Assembly (NCBI GenBank): GCA_045862955.1
Contig: BTVI01000003.1
Span: forward strand, 47,552-111,551
Length of the DNA stretch: 64,000 nt
Direction of reading: 5' to 3'
Source: Fimbriimonadales bacterium
GTDB taxonomy: Bacteria > Armatimonadota > Fimbriimonadia > Fimbriimonadales > JABRVX01
Position numbers and translations under genes: made by a program. The notes beneath the pieces were generated by a model. The model did no database searches and was not told the origin of the DNA. It saw only the letters and a list, made by a program, of their open reading frames with translations. Each line of letters starts with the position of its first letter. Position 1 is the first letter of the stretch. This document shows, one piece after another, positions 21,007 through 31,153 of the stretch.

Positions 21007-21049
21007 GTGTGTTGCGCGGCAGACGGCCTTGGGCCGTGAGGAGAAAGAA

Positions 21050-21949
21050 GTGGATGTGCTGACCAAACCGACGAGCGAGAACCCGACGTCATCGCCCCCT
21101 GAGCCGGCGGCGATCCGCGTGGATCACGTCACCAAGACCTTCATGGAAGGCGAAGGGGACGAGGAGCGACTCGTAGACTGGCGGCGGTTCCTGCCCAACC
21201 TAGGGCAGAAGCGCAAGATCAAGAAGGCCGTGGACGACGTGTCGTTCGAAGTGCGGCCCGGAGGCATCTTCGGTGTGCTGGGACCGAACGGCTCGGGGAA
21301 ATCCACCCTGATCCGCATGCTTACAACACTTCTGCTACCCGACGCGGGCCGCCTGGAAGTGTTCGGGGTGGACGTAGTGCGGCGACCGCTCGAGGTGCGC
21401 CGGATGATCAACCGAGTGTCGGTGGAAGCGAGCTTCTTCAAGTCGCTGTCTACGGCGGAGAACCTGTTGCACGGAGCGAGGCTGTACGGCCTGGACATCA
21501 TCGAGTCCAAGAACCGGGCGCTGGACGCGCTGAAGAGGCTCGGCTTCGAGATGGACCGACTTGACAAGCCTGTGATGCATCTCTCGCGCGGCCAACAGCA
21601 AAAAGTGGCAATCGCCCGGGCGTTCATCACCCGGCCGCAGGTTTTGCTCCTCGACGAGCCCACGACCGGCCTGGACCCGCGGTCGAAGAAAGAGGTCCAG
21701 ACGTTTCTAACCGAGATGCGGGCGGAGCAAAGCACCACGGTGCTACTGACCACCCACGACATGAAGGAAGCAGAAGATCTGTGCGAGCAGATCGCCATCA
21801 TGAGCCGCGGCAAGGTGGTCGCGATTGACACCGCGGAGGGCTTGAAGGCCCGAGTGCGCACCGACGGCACCGCCACGATGGAAGACGTGTTCATGGAACT
21901 GACCGGAAAGAAGTTCGAGGAGGAAGAATGGAACATCAAGGAGACGTGA
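21050..21949 (+). CDS. ABC exporter ATP-binding protein (DrrA/ABC-2-like)
   Basis: [41 protein letters not shown] before the GTG at 21050. Confidence 0.92.
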   Translation: MDVLTKPTSENPTSSPPEPAAIRVDHVTKTFMEGEGDEERLVDWRRFLPNLGQKRKIKKAVDDVSFEVRPGGIFGVLGPNGSGKSTLIRMLTTLLLPDAGRLEVFGVDVVRRPLEVRRMINRVSVEASFFKSLSTAENLLHGARLYGLDIIESKNRALDALKRLGFEMDRLDKPVMHLSRGQQQKVAIARAFITRPQVLLLDEPTTGLDPRSKKEVQTFLTEMRAEQSTTVLLTTHDMKEAEDLCEQIAIMSRGKVVAIDTAEGLKARVRTDGTATMEDVFMELTGKKFEEEEWNIKET

Positions 21950-22518
21950 TCGAGGGAGAACTCGTGAACCTCCGCCGCACCGAGGAGCGGGACCTGCCGT
22001 TTCTTCAGGCGCTGTGGAACGACGGGCGCACGATGGCATCGGTTGGCTACCCGTTCGGTCTCGACATTACGGCGGAGGAAATGCGGCGATGGTGGGTCCG
22101 CAACGAGATGCGCAGCGAAAACGCCCGTTACGGACTCACCGATGACCTCGGACATCGTATCGTAGAGACGAAGCTCGGCCTCCCCGTCGGGGAGTCCGGC
22201 TTCAGCCAGCCTCCTAGCGGCGGTATGGCGACTCTGGAACTAAAGATCCAGGCAGACCACTGGGGCTCGGGCTACGGTAGCGATGCGTTGCGCGCTCTGA
22301 TCCGCCACACGTTCGACCACACGAATCTGGATCTCGTGGTTGTCGAGCCCGCGCTAGATAACCACCGGGCCAGGACGCTATATGCGAAGCTCGGTTTCGA
22401 GCCCAGCCCACGGCTGGTGCTGCCAGGTCGAGAGAACCGCGGGCTGTTCATGGCGCTCAGCCGAGCCAGGTACCGCGAGGCTCAACGACCTCAGCCAGTG
22501 TTTTCGGGAGCGGGGTAA
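21946..22518 (+). CDS. GNAT N-acetyltransferase (RimJ/RimL-like)
   Basis: HWGSGYGSDAL and NHRARTLYAKLGF; GTGA start/stop overlap with the ATPase gene. Confidence 0.85.
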   Translation: MIEGELVNLRRTEERDLPFLQALWNDGRTMASVGYPFGLDITAEEMRRWWVRNEMRSENARYGLTDDLGHRIVETKLGLPVGESGFSQPPSGGMATLELKIQADHWGSGYGSDALRALIRHTFDHTNLDLVVVEPALDNHRARTLYAKLGFEPSPRLVLPGRENRGLFMALSRARYREAQRPQPVFSGAG

Positions 22519-22548
22519 CCCGCTCCCGTTCCGTTCAGGAGGACTGTC

Positions 22549-23718
22549 GTGACGATCCAACCTATTCGCGAAGAACACGTCGAGCCGGTGCAGCTCCTGT
22601 GGGATTTCTGCTTCAACCGCGGCGAGCGAGGCCCGCGCTTGGCTTTCGAGCAGCTATCGCACGACCGCGTGGAGACCTTCGTGGTGGCGGACGATGGAGG
22701 CTTGCAGAGTGCCTACCTCTCCATCCACTTCGATATGTCGTACGACGCGCATCGGCTGCCCATGAGTGGCATTGCGGGTGTGGCGGTGGCACCCGCGGCG
22801 CGTGGACGCGGCTATGCCCATCGCATGATGCAGCACGCCGTGATGCGCGCTAGGGAGCGCGGTATGCCTGTCAGTATGCTGTGGGCATTCAGTCTCGACT
22901 TCTATCGCGAGTTAGGGTGGGAATTGGTAGGACGCATCTACCAGTTCGAGCTACCTATCAGGGAGATACGACTCGGCGCGGAGTCGCAGCATGTGCGACA
23001 GGTGGAGCCGAACGCGTCCGACGCGATTATGACGCTCCAGAGGACGTATGCGGCTCGCTATCGCGGTGCCTGTGAGCGTGCCCAACGAAGATGGGAGCAC
23101 CTGCTACGAGAGAGGGACCGGCCTATCAACATGTTCGTGTACGAGGGAGCGAGCGGACCGGAGGGCTACATGTACTATTGCCTACCACCGGTGGGAGAAG
23201 ACAGGATGACACTGACCGAGCTGGTCGCGCTAACACCCGAGGCGCACCGAGGGCTGTTAGGCTCGATCCGACGATTGGAGATGCAGGTCGAGCACGCCCA
23301 GTGGCGCGGGCCTGCCGACGACTGGGTGCTGGTCGAACCGTACGATTCTTGCCTGCAAGTTTCGGTCTTGCGTCAGCCGATGCTGCGAGTGGTGGATCCC
23401 GGTGCGTTGTTGGCGCTGCAGTGCCGAGAGGATGTCTCGACAGACTACACGCTGCGCGTCGAGGAAGCCGAATGGGCCGGCGGTCCGACAGGCTATCGGG
23501 TGCACGTCCGTGCCGGTGTATCGGAGGTGACCCCTTGCGCGCCTGAGGATTGTGCGCTCGGCATGACGCAGCGCACGTTCGCGCAGTGCTTCATGGGTGA
23601 TCCCGACGCGAGCGTGCTACGACGTGCGGGACACATCGAGGTGCGAGACGAGGCGGCTTTTCACGCGTTCCGCCAGCACTTCCCGCCCGCTGTACCCTAT
23701 GCGACCGAGTCGTTCTAA
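22549..23718 (+). CDS. Eis-like GNAT acetyltransferase (tandem GNAT plus SCP-2-like C-terminus)
   Basis: GIAGVAVAPAARGRGYA, FYRELGWE, MLRVVD; about 390 aa ending ATESF. Confidence 0.85.
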   Translation: MTIQPIREEHVEPVQLLWDFCFNRGERGPRLAFEQLSHDRVETFVVADDGGLQSAYLSIHFDMSYDAHRLPMSGIAGVAVAPAARGRGYAHRMMQHAVMRARERGMPVSMLWAFSLDFYRELGWELVGRIYQFELPIREIRLGAESQHVRQVEPNASDAIMTLQRTYAARYRGACERAQRRWEHLLRERDRPINMFVYEGASGPEGYMYYCLPPVGEDRMTLTELVALTPEAHRGLLGSIRRLEMQVEHAQWRGPADDWVLVEPYDSCLQVSVLRQPMLRVVDPGALLALQCREDVSTDYTLRVEEAEWAGGPTGYRVHVRAGVSEVTPCAPEDCALGMTQRTFAQCFMGDPDASVLRRAGHIEVRDEAAFHAFRQHFPPAVPYATESF

Positions 23719-23736
23719 AGAAGGAAGATTGGAATC

Positions 23737-24570
23737 ATGGCATCGCCTGCGATACTCTCGACGCGTGCGGCACTAAGCTTCACCGAGCGCCAGTTCATGC
23801 TGATCAAGCGGTACTGGGGCTGGGAGGCCATGTTCTTGGTGTACACGCTGTGCAGCACGTTGGCCATCGGATACCTAGCTGCGGGACTGACGGCGCAGGG
23901 CACCGTGCAAGATGTGGGGGCGCAGCAACGGATCACCATCTATCTCTTGGTCGGGACCCTCCTATGGGGCTACCTTTCCACCTTGTTTTGGGAGCTCAGC
24001 GCAATCATGGGTTGGGAGCGTTGGGAGGGTACCATCGAGTACACCTTCATGGCGCCCGTCCCACGCTTTGCACACCTGTTCGGCATGTGTATCTATGCGA
24101 TTCTCTACGCACTGGCTCGAACGGGAGCCACTCTGCTCATCGTGGTGCTGATGTTCACACTGGCGTTTCAGAATGCTAACTGGATTGGCGCGCTGAGCGT
24201 TCTGCTCGTCGGTACCGTGTCGTTCGTCGGCATCGGGATTCTGGTAGCAATCCTGCCGCTTCTCGCACCAGAGAAGGGTCAGATGATTGCGGGAGCCATC
24301 GAAGGCATCATGCTACTGATATCGGGTGTGTACTACCCGATCGAAGTGCTGCCAACGTGGATGCAGTGGGCAGCCCGCCTCTCGCCTGCCACATATACAC
24401 TGCACGGGATCCGCGCCTCGCTGGTAGAGGGAGCAGGCTTCTCGGCGCTAACGAACGACCTGTTGGTTCTCGGCGTGATGGGTGTGGTGGCGGTGCCGCT
24501 CGGCATGTGGCTGTTCGGTGTTGCCGAGAACTACTGCAAGCGTACCGGGCGACTTAAGCGCAGCGGGTAG
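23737..24570 (+). CDS. ABC-2 type exporter permease
   Basis: About 6 TM segments, WERWEGTIEYTFMAP, SGVYYPIEVLPTWMQ. Confidence 0.9.
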   Translation: MASPAILSTRAALSFTERQFMLIKRYWGWEAMFLVYTLCSTLAIGYLAAGLTAQGTVQDVGAQQRITIYLLVGTLLWGYLSTLFWELSAIMGWERWEGTIEYTFMAPVPRFAHLFGMCIYAILYALARTGATLLIVVLMFTLAFQNANWIGALSVLLVGTVSFVGIGILVAILPLLAPEKGQMIAGAIEGIMLLISGVYYPIEVLPTWMQWAARLSPATYTLHGIRASLVEGAGFSALTNDLLVLGVMGVVAVPLGMWLFGVAENYCKRTGRLKRSG

Positions 24571-24640
24571 GGGGGCTCCTTCCTGCCAGGCGCGGCCACA
24601 TGTGTCATGCCGAGTGCGGTGCAGACGAGCCACGGAGTAC

Positions 24641-24807
24641 GTCATGCTGAGCTTGTCGAAGCATGACGCCGAGAGCCGCATGGTAACAACTAGAGATGCA
24701 ATGGTAGCGGCATCCGCCGTCATGCTTCGACAAGCTCAGCATGACGTGCCTGATCCTGCGCATGACGTGCCTGATCCTGCGCATGACGTGCCTAATCCTG
24801 CGCATGA
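24641..24807. repeat. 105-bp inverted-repeat element (24641-24745) plus a 21-bp tandem repeat x3
   Basis: GTCATGCTGAGCTTGTCGAAGCATG-N55-reverse complement; GCATGACGTGCCTGATCCTGC x3 from 24739. Confidence 0.92.
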
Positions 24808-24858
24808 AGGTGGCAACTACCTTAGCATGGAGGTGGCAACCAAGCAATCAGGCGCACG

Positions 24859-27800
24859 CTACCACTCCAGTGACACAGACAGGAACGTACCAGCCGGGAC
24901 GCTAACAGGTTGCTCCAGCGTTACCGAGGCCAAGCCAGTAGCCGTGCGACCGAGAGTCGCCTTCACCACCTTGCCACTGTGCCGAACCACGCACGATTTC
25001 GGCGCGACGGGTGTCTGCAGCTCCAATCGTGCCACACGCACGGTGCCGTACTTCACGCGCAGCAGATCGGTCTGCCGCCGGCCTTCGCGGGTCTGGTCGA
25101 GAGCCCCCCAACCCTGTGCTCCCGCGAAGAACGATCGATGCCTTTCTGGTGAAACCGTAGGTGCGAAGCGGATCAGGCCACGCGGTCCATCGTAGAACAG
25201 CCCCTGGGCACCTGTCAGCACGCTCCAACTGCTCATCGCTCTGGCGTAGTGGTCCCCGCACTCGATCTCGTTCCATGGGCTACGCTCGATGGGCGGTCGC
25301 CGCCGACCGTCATAGCGGTCGTCGATCGCTTTCACGATGCGGTAGGCATCCTCGATCCTGCCACGTCGCAGCAGCATCCCGGCGATCTCGTATTCCAATC
25401 CAGTCCACACCTCGTCGCTATACAACGTTGCCCGCGGCGGACGTCCGCCGTTCGGCCAGGTGCAGCAGAGCAAACCCCTGTCACCCGCTCCCGCGAAGTA
25501 CCTCTGCTGAGGTACCTCCGCAAAGTCCTCGCGCCAGTTGTACTTGAGAATGGATGACAGTGTCGTACTAACTCTATCAGATGGCAGCAGACTTCCCAGC
25601 GAAAGGATGTCCGCCCACCACTGACCGAGTAGCTGATCCGTGTGGCAGCCGGGTCCATAGGGCAGGTCCACGTCGGGGTTGTGCTCGGGCCAGTCCTCCA
25701 GCAGCCACGTAGGCATCCCGTCCTTCTTTTGGTGCAGATGCACGTAGAACTCTCCGTTCCAAAGCACCTCGTCCAGGCGCTTCGATCCGCTCAGGTAGAG
25801 ACCGCGATACAGCTCGGCAGCCTGCCTGTCTCCGTTCAGCAACGCCATCTCCTCGCCGGCCCGCAACGCCGCCAGGTAGAGCGTGCCGATGAACGTGTTC
25901 GGCCCGTACATGGCAGCATCATAGGTGTTCCACTGCTCATTGACCAGAACGCCATCCTTGTTCGGGTCCCAATCACGTATCACGAACTCCAGCGCCTTCT
26001 TGACTTTGGGCCACCATTCGCGTAGCCACTTGTCATCCTTCGAGTACAGGTGTTCACGGTATGCCTTTAGGATGGTGCCGAGCTGTCCGTCCACGAATGC
26101 GCCATGAGCTCGGGGTGCGCTGAGCGGCAAGGCCGTGCGATGTCTGACCGCACCATTCTCCATCATCTGCACACCGAGGTCGGTCTCCCGCATAATGCGT
26201 TCCAACTGAGGGAACAGCGCCGCGATCGTCTGCTCATAGTTGAACACGTGCGTGCAGTTCATTGGGCAGCAACCCGCACCCTCGAAAGCCGCGAACGTGC
26301 CGTCCTCCAACCATAATACGCTCTGTGATGTCAGCGTGCTCGCCTGCGACGACACGCGCCGTACCAGCCAGTAGGGAAGGGTGGAGTCGTAAAAGGTGTC
26401 ACGAAACAACGTGGTCTCGTAGCGAAGCCGGCGGAAGTTCGCGGCGACGTATTGCGCAGCGGCCTGCGAGTCGCGGAACCACTTGGAGTACACATGCCCG
26501 AGACGGTACCTTGCTAGGTTGCGATCGTAGGTGGCATAGTGGTTCGGAAAGCTCCACGAGATGATGAATGGCACTTCACGCGTCTCGCCGGGCTTAAGAC
26601 GGAACCGTGATACCACCGCTCCGTTGTACGTAGTGCCTGGGGCACTCGGCTGTGACTTCGGAAAGCCGGCTACGGCTCTGCCCGATGAGAATAACCCCCA
26701 CAAACCGGCAGGATCCGTCCAAGCGGCACGCGCGTCCGCCGATCCGTCCAACACGCTTAGGGTCATCGAACCGAACTGCGCAGCTTGCTCCGACAGCGTC
26801 GGCAGTGTCATATGCACTGCGGTGCATCCCGGCACACGCACTACCTCATTGACATTCCCTCCGTATCCGGCGAAACGCACCCCTTCGATGACACCCACTC
26901 CATCGTAGTTCACCGCATTCTGCAGAGTGCCCATTAGCGCGACGTCCCTCTGTGTCTTGCCCGGGTTGTGCACGCGAAACACATACACGATTGCCGGAAG
27001 GCCGGAGTCCTTCGCGTTGGCAGGAACGAAGGGCGAGAAGGCCTGAAGCTCGACCCGCACAGGCAGCTTCGAATCCGAGTAGCGCAGCTCGGCAATAGGG
27101 AATTCGCCGAAGTATTCGATATCGTCGACCCCAGGCAGGCCGTACTCGGGCTCCTTTGCTAGCACCGAGGCTCTGCCGGGAGTCCAAATAACGAACATCT
27201 GCCCAGGCACCACGCAACGTGCATTCACTTTGTTGAATATCTGCCACTTGCGCAGCTTGCCATCGCCGCACAGCGCAATGTTGCCTGCTCCAATACCGCC
27301 CATTGGCATGGAGAGGTCCGCTAGGTGCTCGCCCCGGTAGGGCTGACGCGTCGCAGGCTTTAGTAGAGAGTCGTACCACGCCTTGCGGTCGGCCTCTGCT
27401 TTCCGAATCGCTTGCTCTCGCGCACGGATCTCGGCCGGCGTCATCTCGCCCAGGTCGTCCACATTGATATGGCCCCATCCGCTCGTCGCCGTGTCTACCA
27501 CCAGAAAGTACACGTCCTCACCGACGTACTCGGACACGTCCCAGTACTTGCGCACCATCGCCTCGGCGTTTCGCCCAGTCTCGCGATACAGCGCTCTGCC
27601 GTCGCTCGCGCGCACTAACACCACGTAGGTGCGATCGGGATCGTTTCCGCCTCCGACTAACAGCGTAATCCACGGCGAACGTATGCGAAAGGTCGGTGAC
27701 TGGAGGCTGCCGGTCGCAGCATCGCCCTTGCTCTCGTAGGTGCCGATGAAGTACGTACCCTGCTTGTTGAAGTTGCCGCCGTGCCGATCGTTGTCGGTGG

Positions 27801-27960
27801 ACGCAGGCTGCTTGCCCAGATCGCCCACTACGGCTGTCCAGCCCTGTAGCGTACCGTCTTCGAAGTCGAAGCGTGTGAGCTGCTGCGGTATCCTCGTCGC
27901 GGCCAGATAGGACAGTGACAACGCTATCGCAACCAGTCCTACCAACAGTCGAACCTTCAT
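24859..27960 (-). CDS. Secreted GH116-family glycoside hydrolase with an extra N-terminal beta-sandwich module
   Basis: MPMGGIGAG, FEGAGCCPMNCTHV, WNTYD, EVWTGLEY, PWNEIECGDHYARAMSSW; signal peptide; AGGAGG RBS. Confidence 0.85.
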   Translation of the reverse strand: MKVRLLVGLVAIALSLSYLAATRIPQQLTRFDFEDGTLQGWTAVVGDLGKQPASTDNDRHGGNFNKQGTYFIGTYESKGDAATGSLQSPTFRIRSPWITLLVGGGNDPDRTYVVLVRASDGRALYRETGRNAEAMVRKYWDVSEYVGEDVYFLVVDTATSGWGHINVDDLGEMTPAEIRAREQAIRKAEADRKAWYDSLLKPATRQPYRGEHLADLSMPMGGIGAGNIALCGDGKLRKWQIFNKVNARCVVPGQMFVIWTPGRASVLAKEPEYGLPGVDDIEYFGEFPIAELRYSDSKLPVRVELQAFSPFVPANAKDSGLPAIVYVFRVHNPGKTQRDVALMGTLQNAVNYDGVGVIEGVRFAGYGGNVNEVVRVPGCTAVHMTLPTLSEQAAQFGSMTLSVLDGSADARAAWTDPAGLWGLFSSGRAVAGFPKSQPSAPGTTYNGAVVSRFRLKPGETREVPFIISWSFPNHYATYDRNLARYRLGHVYSKWFRDSQAAAQYVAANFRRLRYETTLFRDTFYDSTLPYWLVRRVSSQASTLTSQSVLWLEDGTFAAFEGAGCCPMNCTHVFNYEQTIAALFPQLERIMRETDLGVQMMENGAVRHRTALPLSAPRAHGAFVDGQLGTILKAYREHLYSKDDKWLREWWPKVKKALEFVIRDWDPNKDGVLVNEQWNTYDAAMYGPNTFIGTLYLAALRAGEEMALLNGDRQAAELYRGLYLSGSKRLDEVLWNGEFYVHLHQKKDGMPTWLLEDWPEHNPDVDLPYGPGCHTDQLLGQWWADILSLGSLLPSDRVSTTLSSILKYNWREDFAEVPQQRYFAGAGDRGLLCCTWPNGGRPPRATLYSDEVWTGLEYEIAGMLLRRGRIEDAYRIVKAIDDRYDGRRRPPIERSPWNEIECGDHYARAMSSWSVLTGAQGLFYDGPRGLIRFAPTVSPERHRSFFAGAQGWGALDQTREGRRQTDLLRVKYGTVRVARLELQTPVAPKSCVVRHSGKVVKATLGRTATGLASVTLEQPVSVPAGTFLSVSLEW

Positions 27961-28062
27961 CACGCCTCCTCCTTGCACTCCGTGGCGATGGCAGAACTAC
28001 TCATGCTACACCCAACCGATTGCTCTGTCATTGCCTTCAAATCCAGGTCCGGCGGCCAAAGC

Positions 28063-28167
28063 GTCATGCTGAGCCTGTCGAAGCATGATCCCGTTAGCCG
28101 CACGCTATCGAGTTAGGATGCTACCATCGCGGTACCTGACCGCATGCTTCGATGGGCTCAGCATGAC
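28063..28167. repeat. 105-bp inverted-repeat element
   Basis: Same 25-bp arms (two mismatches in the right arm), 55-bp core. Confidence 0.9.
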
Positions 28168-28209
28168 GGGTCCTCGGCTATATCGAACGCGCAACCGATC
28201 AACGCAGCT

Positions 28210-29169
28210 CTACGGGATCTCCTCCCCGCCTGCCTCCACGTTCTCCTTCGTGTAAATCCGCGTCGGCAGCACCACCTTCTTCGGTGGCGTCGCCTTATCT
28301 CGCAGGATGCGGATCACCCAATCCACGGCTTCCTTGCCGCCGGTCGGATACAAGAAGGTGGCATCCAAGATCCCCTGCTTCACGTAGTTGATCCCTTCGT
28401 GCGGCAGCGCGTCGATGCCGATAAACTTCATCTCCTTCTCGCGTCCCTTCTGCTTGGCGGCCGTGTAGGCACCATGCGCGCTGGGATCGTTGTGACCGTA
28501 TACGGCATCGATCTTGTCGAACCGCGCTAGCGCGGAGTTCATCTCCGCCATTGCGCGTGTCTCCTGCCATCCGCAGTCCGGGTCGAACACCACTTTGATC
28601 TGCGAGCCCTTGATGCCTTCGATGAAGCCGTTATGGCGGTCCTTGCCCGGCTCGGAGGTCATCAGGCCCTTCAGCTCCACCACCGTGCCCTTGCCGCCCA
28701 GTACCTTCACGAGATACTGCCCGGCAGCACGTCCGATCTTCACGTTGTCCGCGCCGATGAACATGGTGAAGTCCTCCCCGTTCACTGCGCGGTCCAAAAC
28801 TATGACCGGAATGCCCGACTTGTACGCCTCTGCCACGGGTGCCGTGAGCGGCTCGGTCTCCTTCGGGCTGATGATGATGGCGTCTACTCCCTGCTGCATG
28901 AACTCCTTCACGTGCTGCTGTTGCACCTCGCTCTTGTTCTGTGCATCCTTGAAGATCACACGAAGCTCGGGGTACGCCTTCGCAGCCTCCTCCACGTCTT
29001 TGTTCATCTGCTGACGCCACGGCTCGCCGAGATTGCACTGGGACATGCCCACGACGAACTGCTTCTCTGCACCGTCGCCAGATGGCCCCCGACTCTCCTT
29101 GGCAGGCCCGCCACAGCCGGCCGACAACAGAACGAGCCCAACGAGCGGGGCTAGAGTCATCCTTCGCAT
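28210..29169 (-). CDS. Sugar ABC transporter substrate-binding lipoprotein (RbsB-like)
   Basis: Lipobox LSAGC, IPVIVLDR, IGADN, HND, IGIDAL. Confidence 0.9.
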   Translation of the reverse strand: MRRMTLAPLVGLVLLSAGCGGPAKESRGPSGDGAEKQFVVGMSQCNLGEPWRQQMNKDVEEAAKAYPELRVIFKDAQNKSEVQQQHVKEFMQQGVDAIIISPKETEPLTAPVAEAYKSGIPVIVLDRAVNGEDFTMFIGADNVKIGRAAGQYLVKVLGGKGTVVELKGLMTSEPGKDRHNGFIEGIKGSQIKVVFDPDCGWQETRAMAEMNSALARFDKIDAVYGHNDPSAHGAYTAAKQKGREKEMKFIGIDALPHEGINYVKQGILDATFLYPTGGKEAVDWVIRILRDKATPPKKVVLPTRIYTKENVEAGGEEIP

Positions 29170-29179
29170 AGCGTCCTCC

Positions 29180-30220
29180 TTAGCGGCGAGAGCGGGATTG
29201 CTGGATCATCACCGCCGCCACGATGATCCCACCTTTCGCCAGCAGGCGGTATGCCTCCTGGACGTTGTTGATGCTGAGAATCTTGTTGATGTAGGCGATG
29301 ATGAGCACGCCGATGAACGTGAACACCATGCCCCCGCGTCCGCCCATCAGACTGGTTCCGCCAATGACCACCGCGGCAATCGCGTCGAGTTCGTAGGTGA
29401 AGCCCGCCTCCGAAGGGTCGCCCAGCCCGAGCCGCGCCGCGTTCGAGACCCCTGCCATGCCCGCCGTGATGCCGCAGATCACGTAAGCGAGCACCTTCGT
29501 CAGCGAAACGTTGATTCCCGAAAGTCTGGCCGCCTGCTCGTTGCCGCCTACCGCGTACAGCGTGCGGCCGTAGGTCGTGTACCGGACCACGAAGTACAGC
29601 ACGACCACCGTAATCAGGAAAGCGAGCGTGATGGGCTGCAGACCTAGGCCGGGAAGTGGGGAAGTGAGCCAGTCGAACACGGGCGGTCGCCCCGCCTGAT
29701 ACACGTACCACGGTTGGGCGCCCGGCTGGATCTTGATGCCCCCAGAGATCACCTTGGCCAATCCGCGTGCAGCCACCATCATCGCTAGCGTGGCGACGAA
29801 CGGCTGCATTCGCAGCTTCGTCACTAGCGTGCCACTGATAAGACCCGCTACCCCACCGGCCCCCACAGTGACTGCAATCGCGGGAAGCGCTGCCCATCCG
29901 TAGCCGACCGTCAGCAGCGAGAAAAAGGTCGCGGCGAATCCGAGCAGCGAGCCCACGGCCAGGTCAATCCCAGCCGTTAGGATTACCAGCGTCATCCCGC
30001 ACGCCAATAGGCCGTACTCCGCATACTCGTACAGGATATCGAGCTGCGTCGTGGGTTGCAGGAAGATGGAGTGGCCCGTCTTCAGTGAAACGGGGCTGAA
30101 CGCCACCCCTAGCATGAACACGAACAGAAACGCGATTACGCCGCGAGCGCCGTCTAGAAGATCCAGAACGGTGCGCACGCGGCTGCGAGTCTGCTCTGCC
30201 GGTCCAAGATGGGGGTTCAC
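29180..30220 (-). CDS. Sugar ABC transporter permease (RbsC-like)
   Basis: GMTLVILTAGIDLAVGS, GGNEQAARLSGI, YELDAIAAVVIGGTSLMGGRG. Confidence 0.92.
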   Translation of the reverse strand: MNPHLGPAEQTRSRVRTVLDLLDGARGVIAFLFVFMLGVAFSPVSLKTGHSIFLQPTTQLDILYEYAEYGLLACGMTLVILTAGIDLAVGSLLGFAATFFSLLTVGYGWAALPAIAVTVGAGGVAGLISGTLVTKLRMQPFVATLAMMVAARGLAKVISGGIKIQPGAQPWYVYQAGRPPVFDWLTSPLPGLGLQPITLAFLITVVVLYFVVRYTTYGRTLYAVGGNEQAARLSGINVSLTKVLAYVICGITAGMAGVSNAARLGLGDPSEAGFTYELDAIAAVVIGGTSLMGGRGGMVFTFIGVLIIAYINKILSINNVQEAYRLLAKGGIIVAAVMIQQSRSRR

Positions 30221-30268
30221 GGTTTGCCTTCCCGTTCCGCCCTGGGCATGGGGATTCCTGCCGACGAA

Positions 30269-31153
30269 CTAGACGGTCGTAGGCAGCCCCAGGCTCTCGA
30301 ACCGCGCCATCATCTCGCTCGTCTGCCCCTCGGTGAGGTCTAGCAAGGGTAGTCGCATCTTGCCACCGGGCAGCCCCCGTGCCCGTACGGCGGCCTTTCC
30401 AGCGGCGGGGAGGCCGTATTGGCGCAGCACATCGTTCATCGCCGACAGGCGCTCCTGAGCGCTCTCCGGATCGCCACCGGTCTGAAAGGCTCGCACCACC
30501 GCGACCGCGAGCTCCGGATAGGCGTTCGATGCCCCGCTCACCGTGCCCGCGCCGCCGAGGCGAAGACACTCCAGCAGCAGGTTCTCTTGCCCCACCATCA
30601 CGCACCTGCCCGGTAGCCTCTGGAGGGCAGCACGAAGGTAATCGGGTGAACCGGAGCTGTCCTTCATCCCCAGCAGGTTCGGGTGGTCGGCAAGCTCGGC
30701 GAGCGTCTCGATCTCGATGGGAGTGTCGGTGATTTGCGGAATGTTGTACAGCAGCACCGGCAGTCGAGCGGCGTCTAGCACCCGCAGGTAGTACTCGCGC
30801 ACTCCGGCCTGCGGCGGATTCTTGAAATAGTAGGGTGGCATCACGAGAGCGGCATCACAGCCTTCTGCGGCCGCGTGCTTGTTCAGCAGGTTGGTGTCTT
30901 CGAGGTTCGCCGAGCCCGTCCCGGCGATGATGCGCAGTTTCCCGCGGTGCGTGGCGGCCAGCGTGAACAGGTCCATGCGCTCGCGCACGGTCATCGAGGC
31001 TGCCTCACCGTTGGTGCCGCTAACCACCACGCCGTCGCAACCCACCGACTCGTGCCACGCCAGCAACCGCACGAACGCCGCCGAGTCGATCCGCCCCTCC
31101 TCGTCGAACGGCGTGATCACCGCCGGAAACACCCCGAACAACCTCTGTCCCAT
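30269..31153 (-). CDS. DapA/NanA-family class I aldolase
   Basis: ITPF, GTNGE, PPYY, YNIP, GMKDSSG; substrate not resolvable. Confidence 0.88.
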   Translation of the reverse strand: MGQRLFGVFPAVITPFDEEGRIDSAAFVRLLAWHESVGCDGVVVSGTNGEAASMTVRERMDLFTLAATHRGKLRIIAGTGSANLEDTNLLNKHAAAEGCDAALVMPPYYFKNPPQAGVREYYLRVLDAARLPVLLYNIPQITDTPIEIETLAELADHPNLLGMKDSSGSPDYLRAALQRLPGRCVMVGQENLLLECLRLGGAGTVSGASNAYPELAVAVVRAFQTGGDPESAQERLSAMNDVLRQYGLPAAGKAAVRARGLPGGKMRLPLLDLTEGQTSEMMARFESLGLPTTV

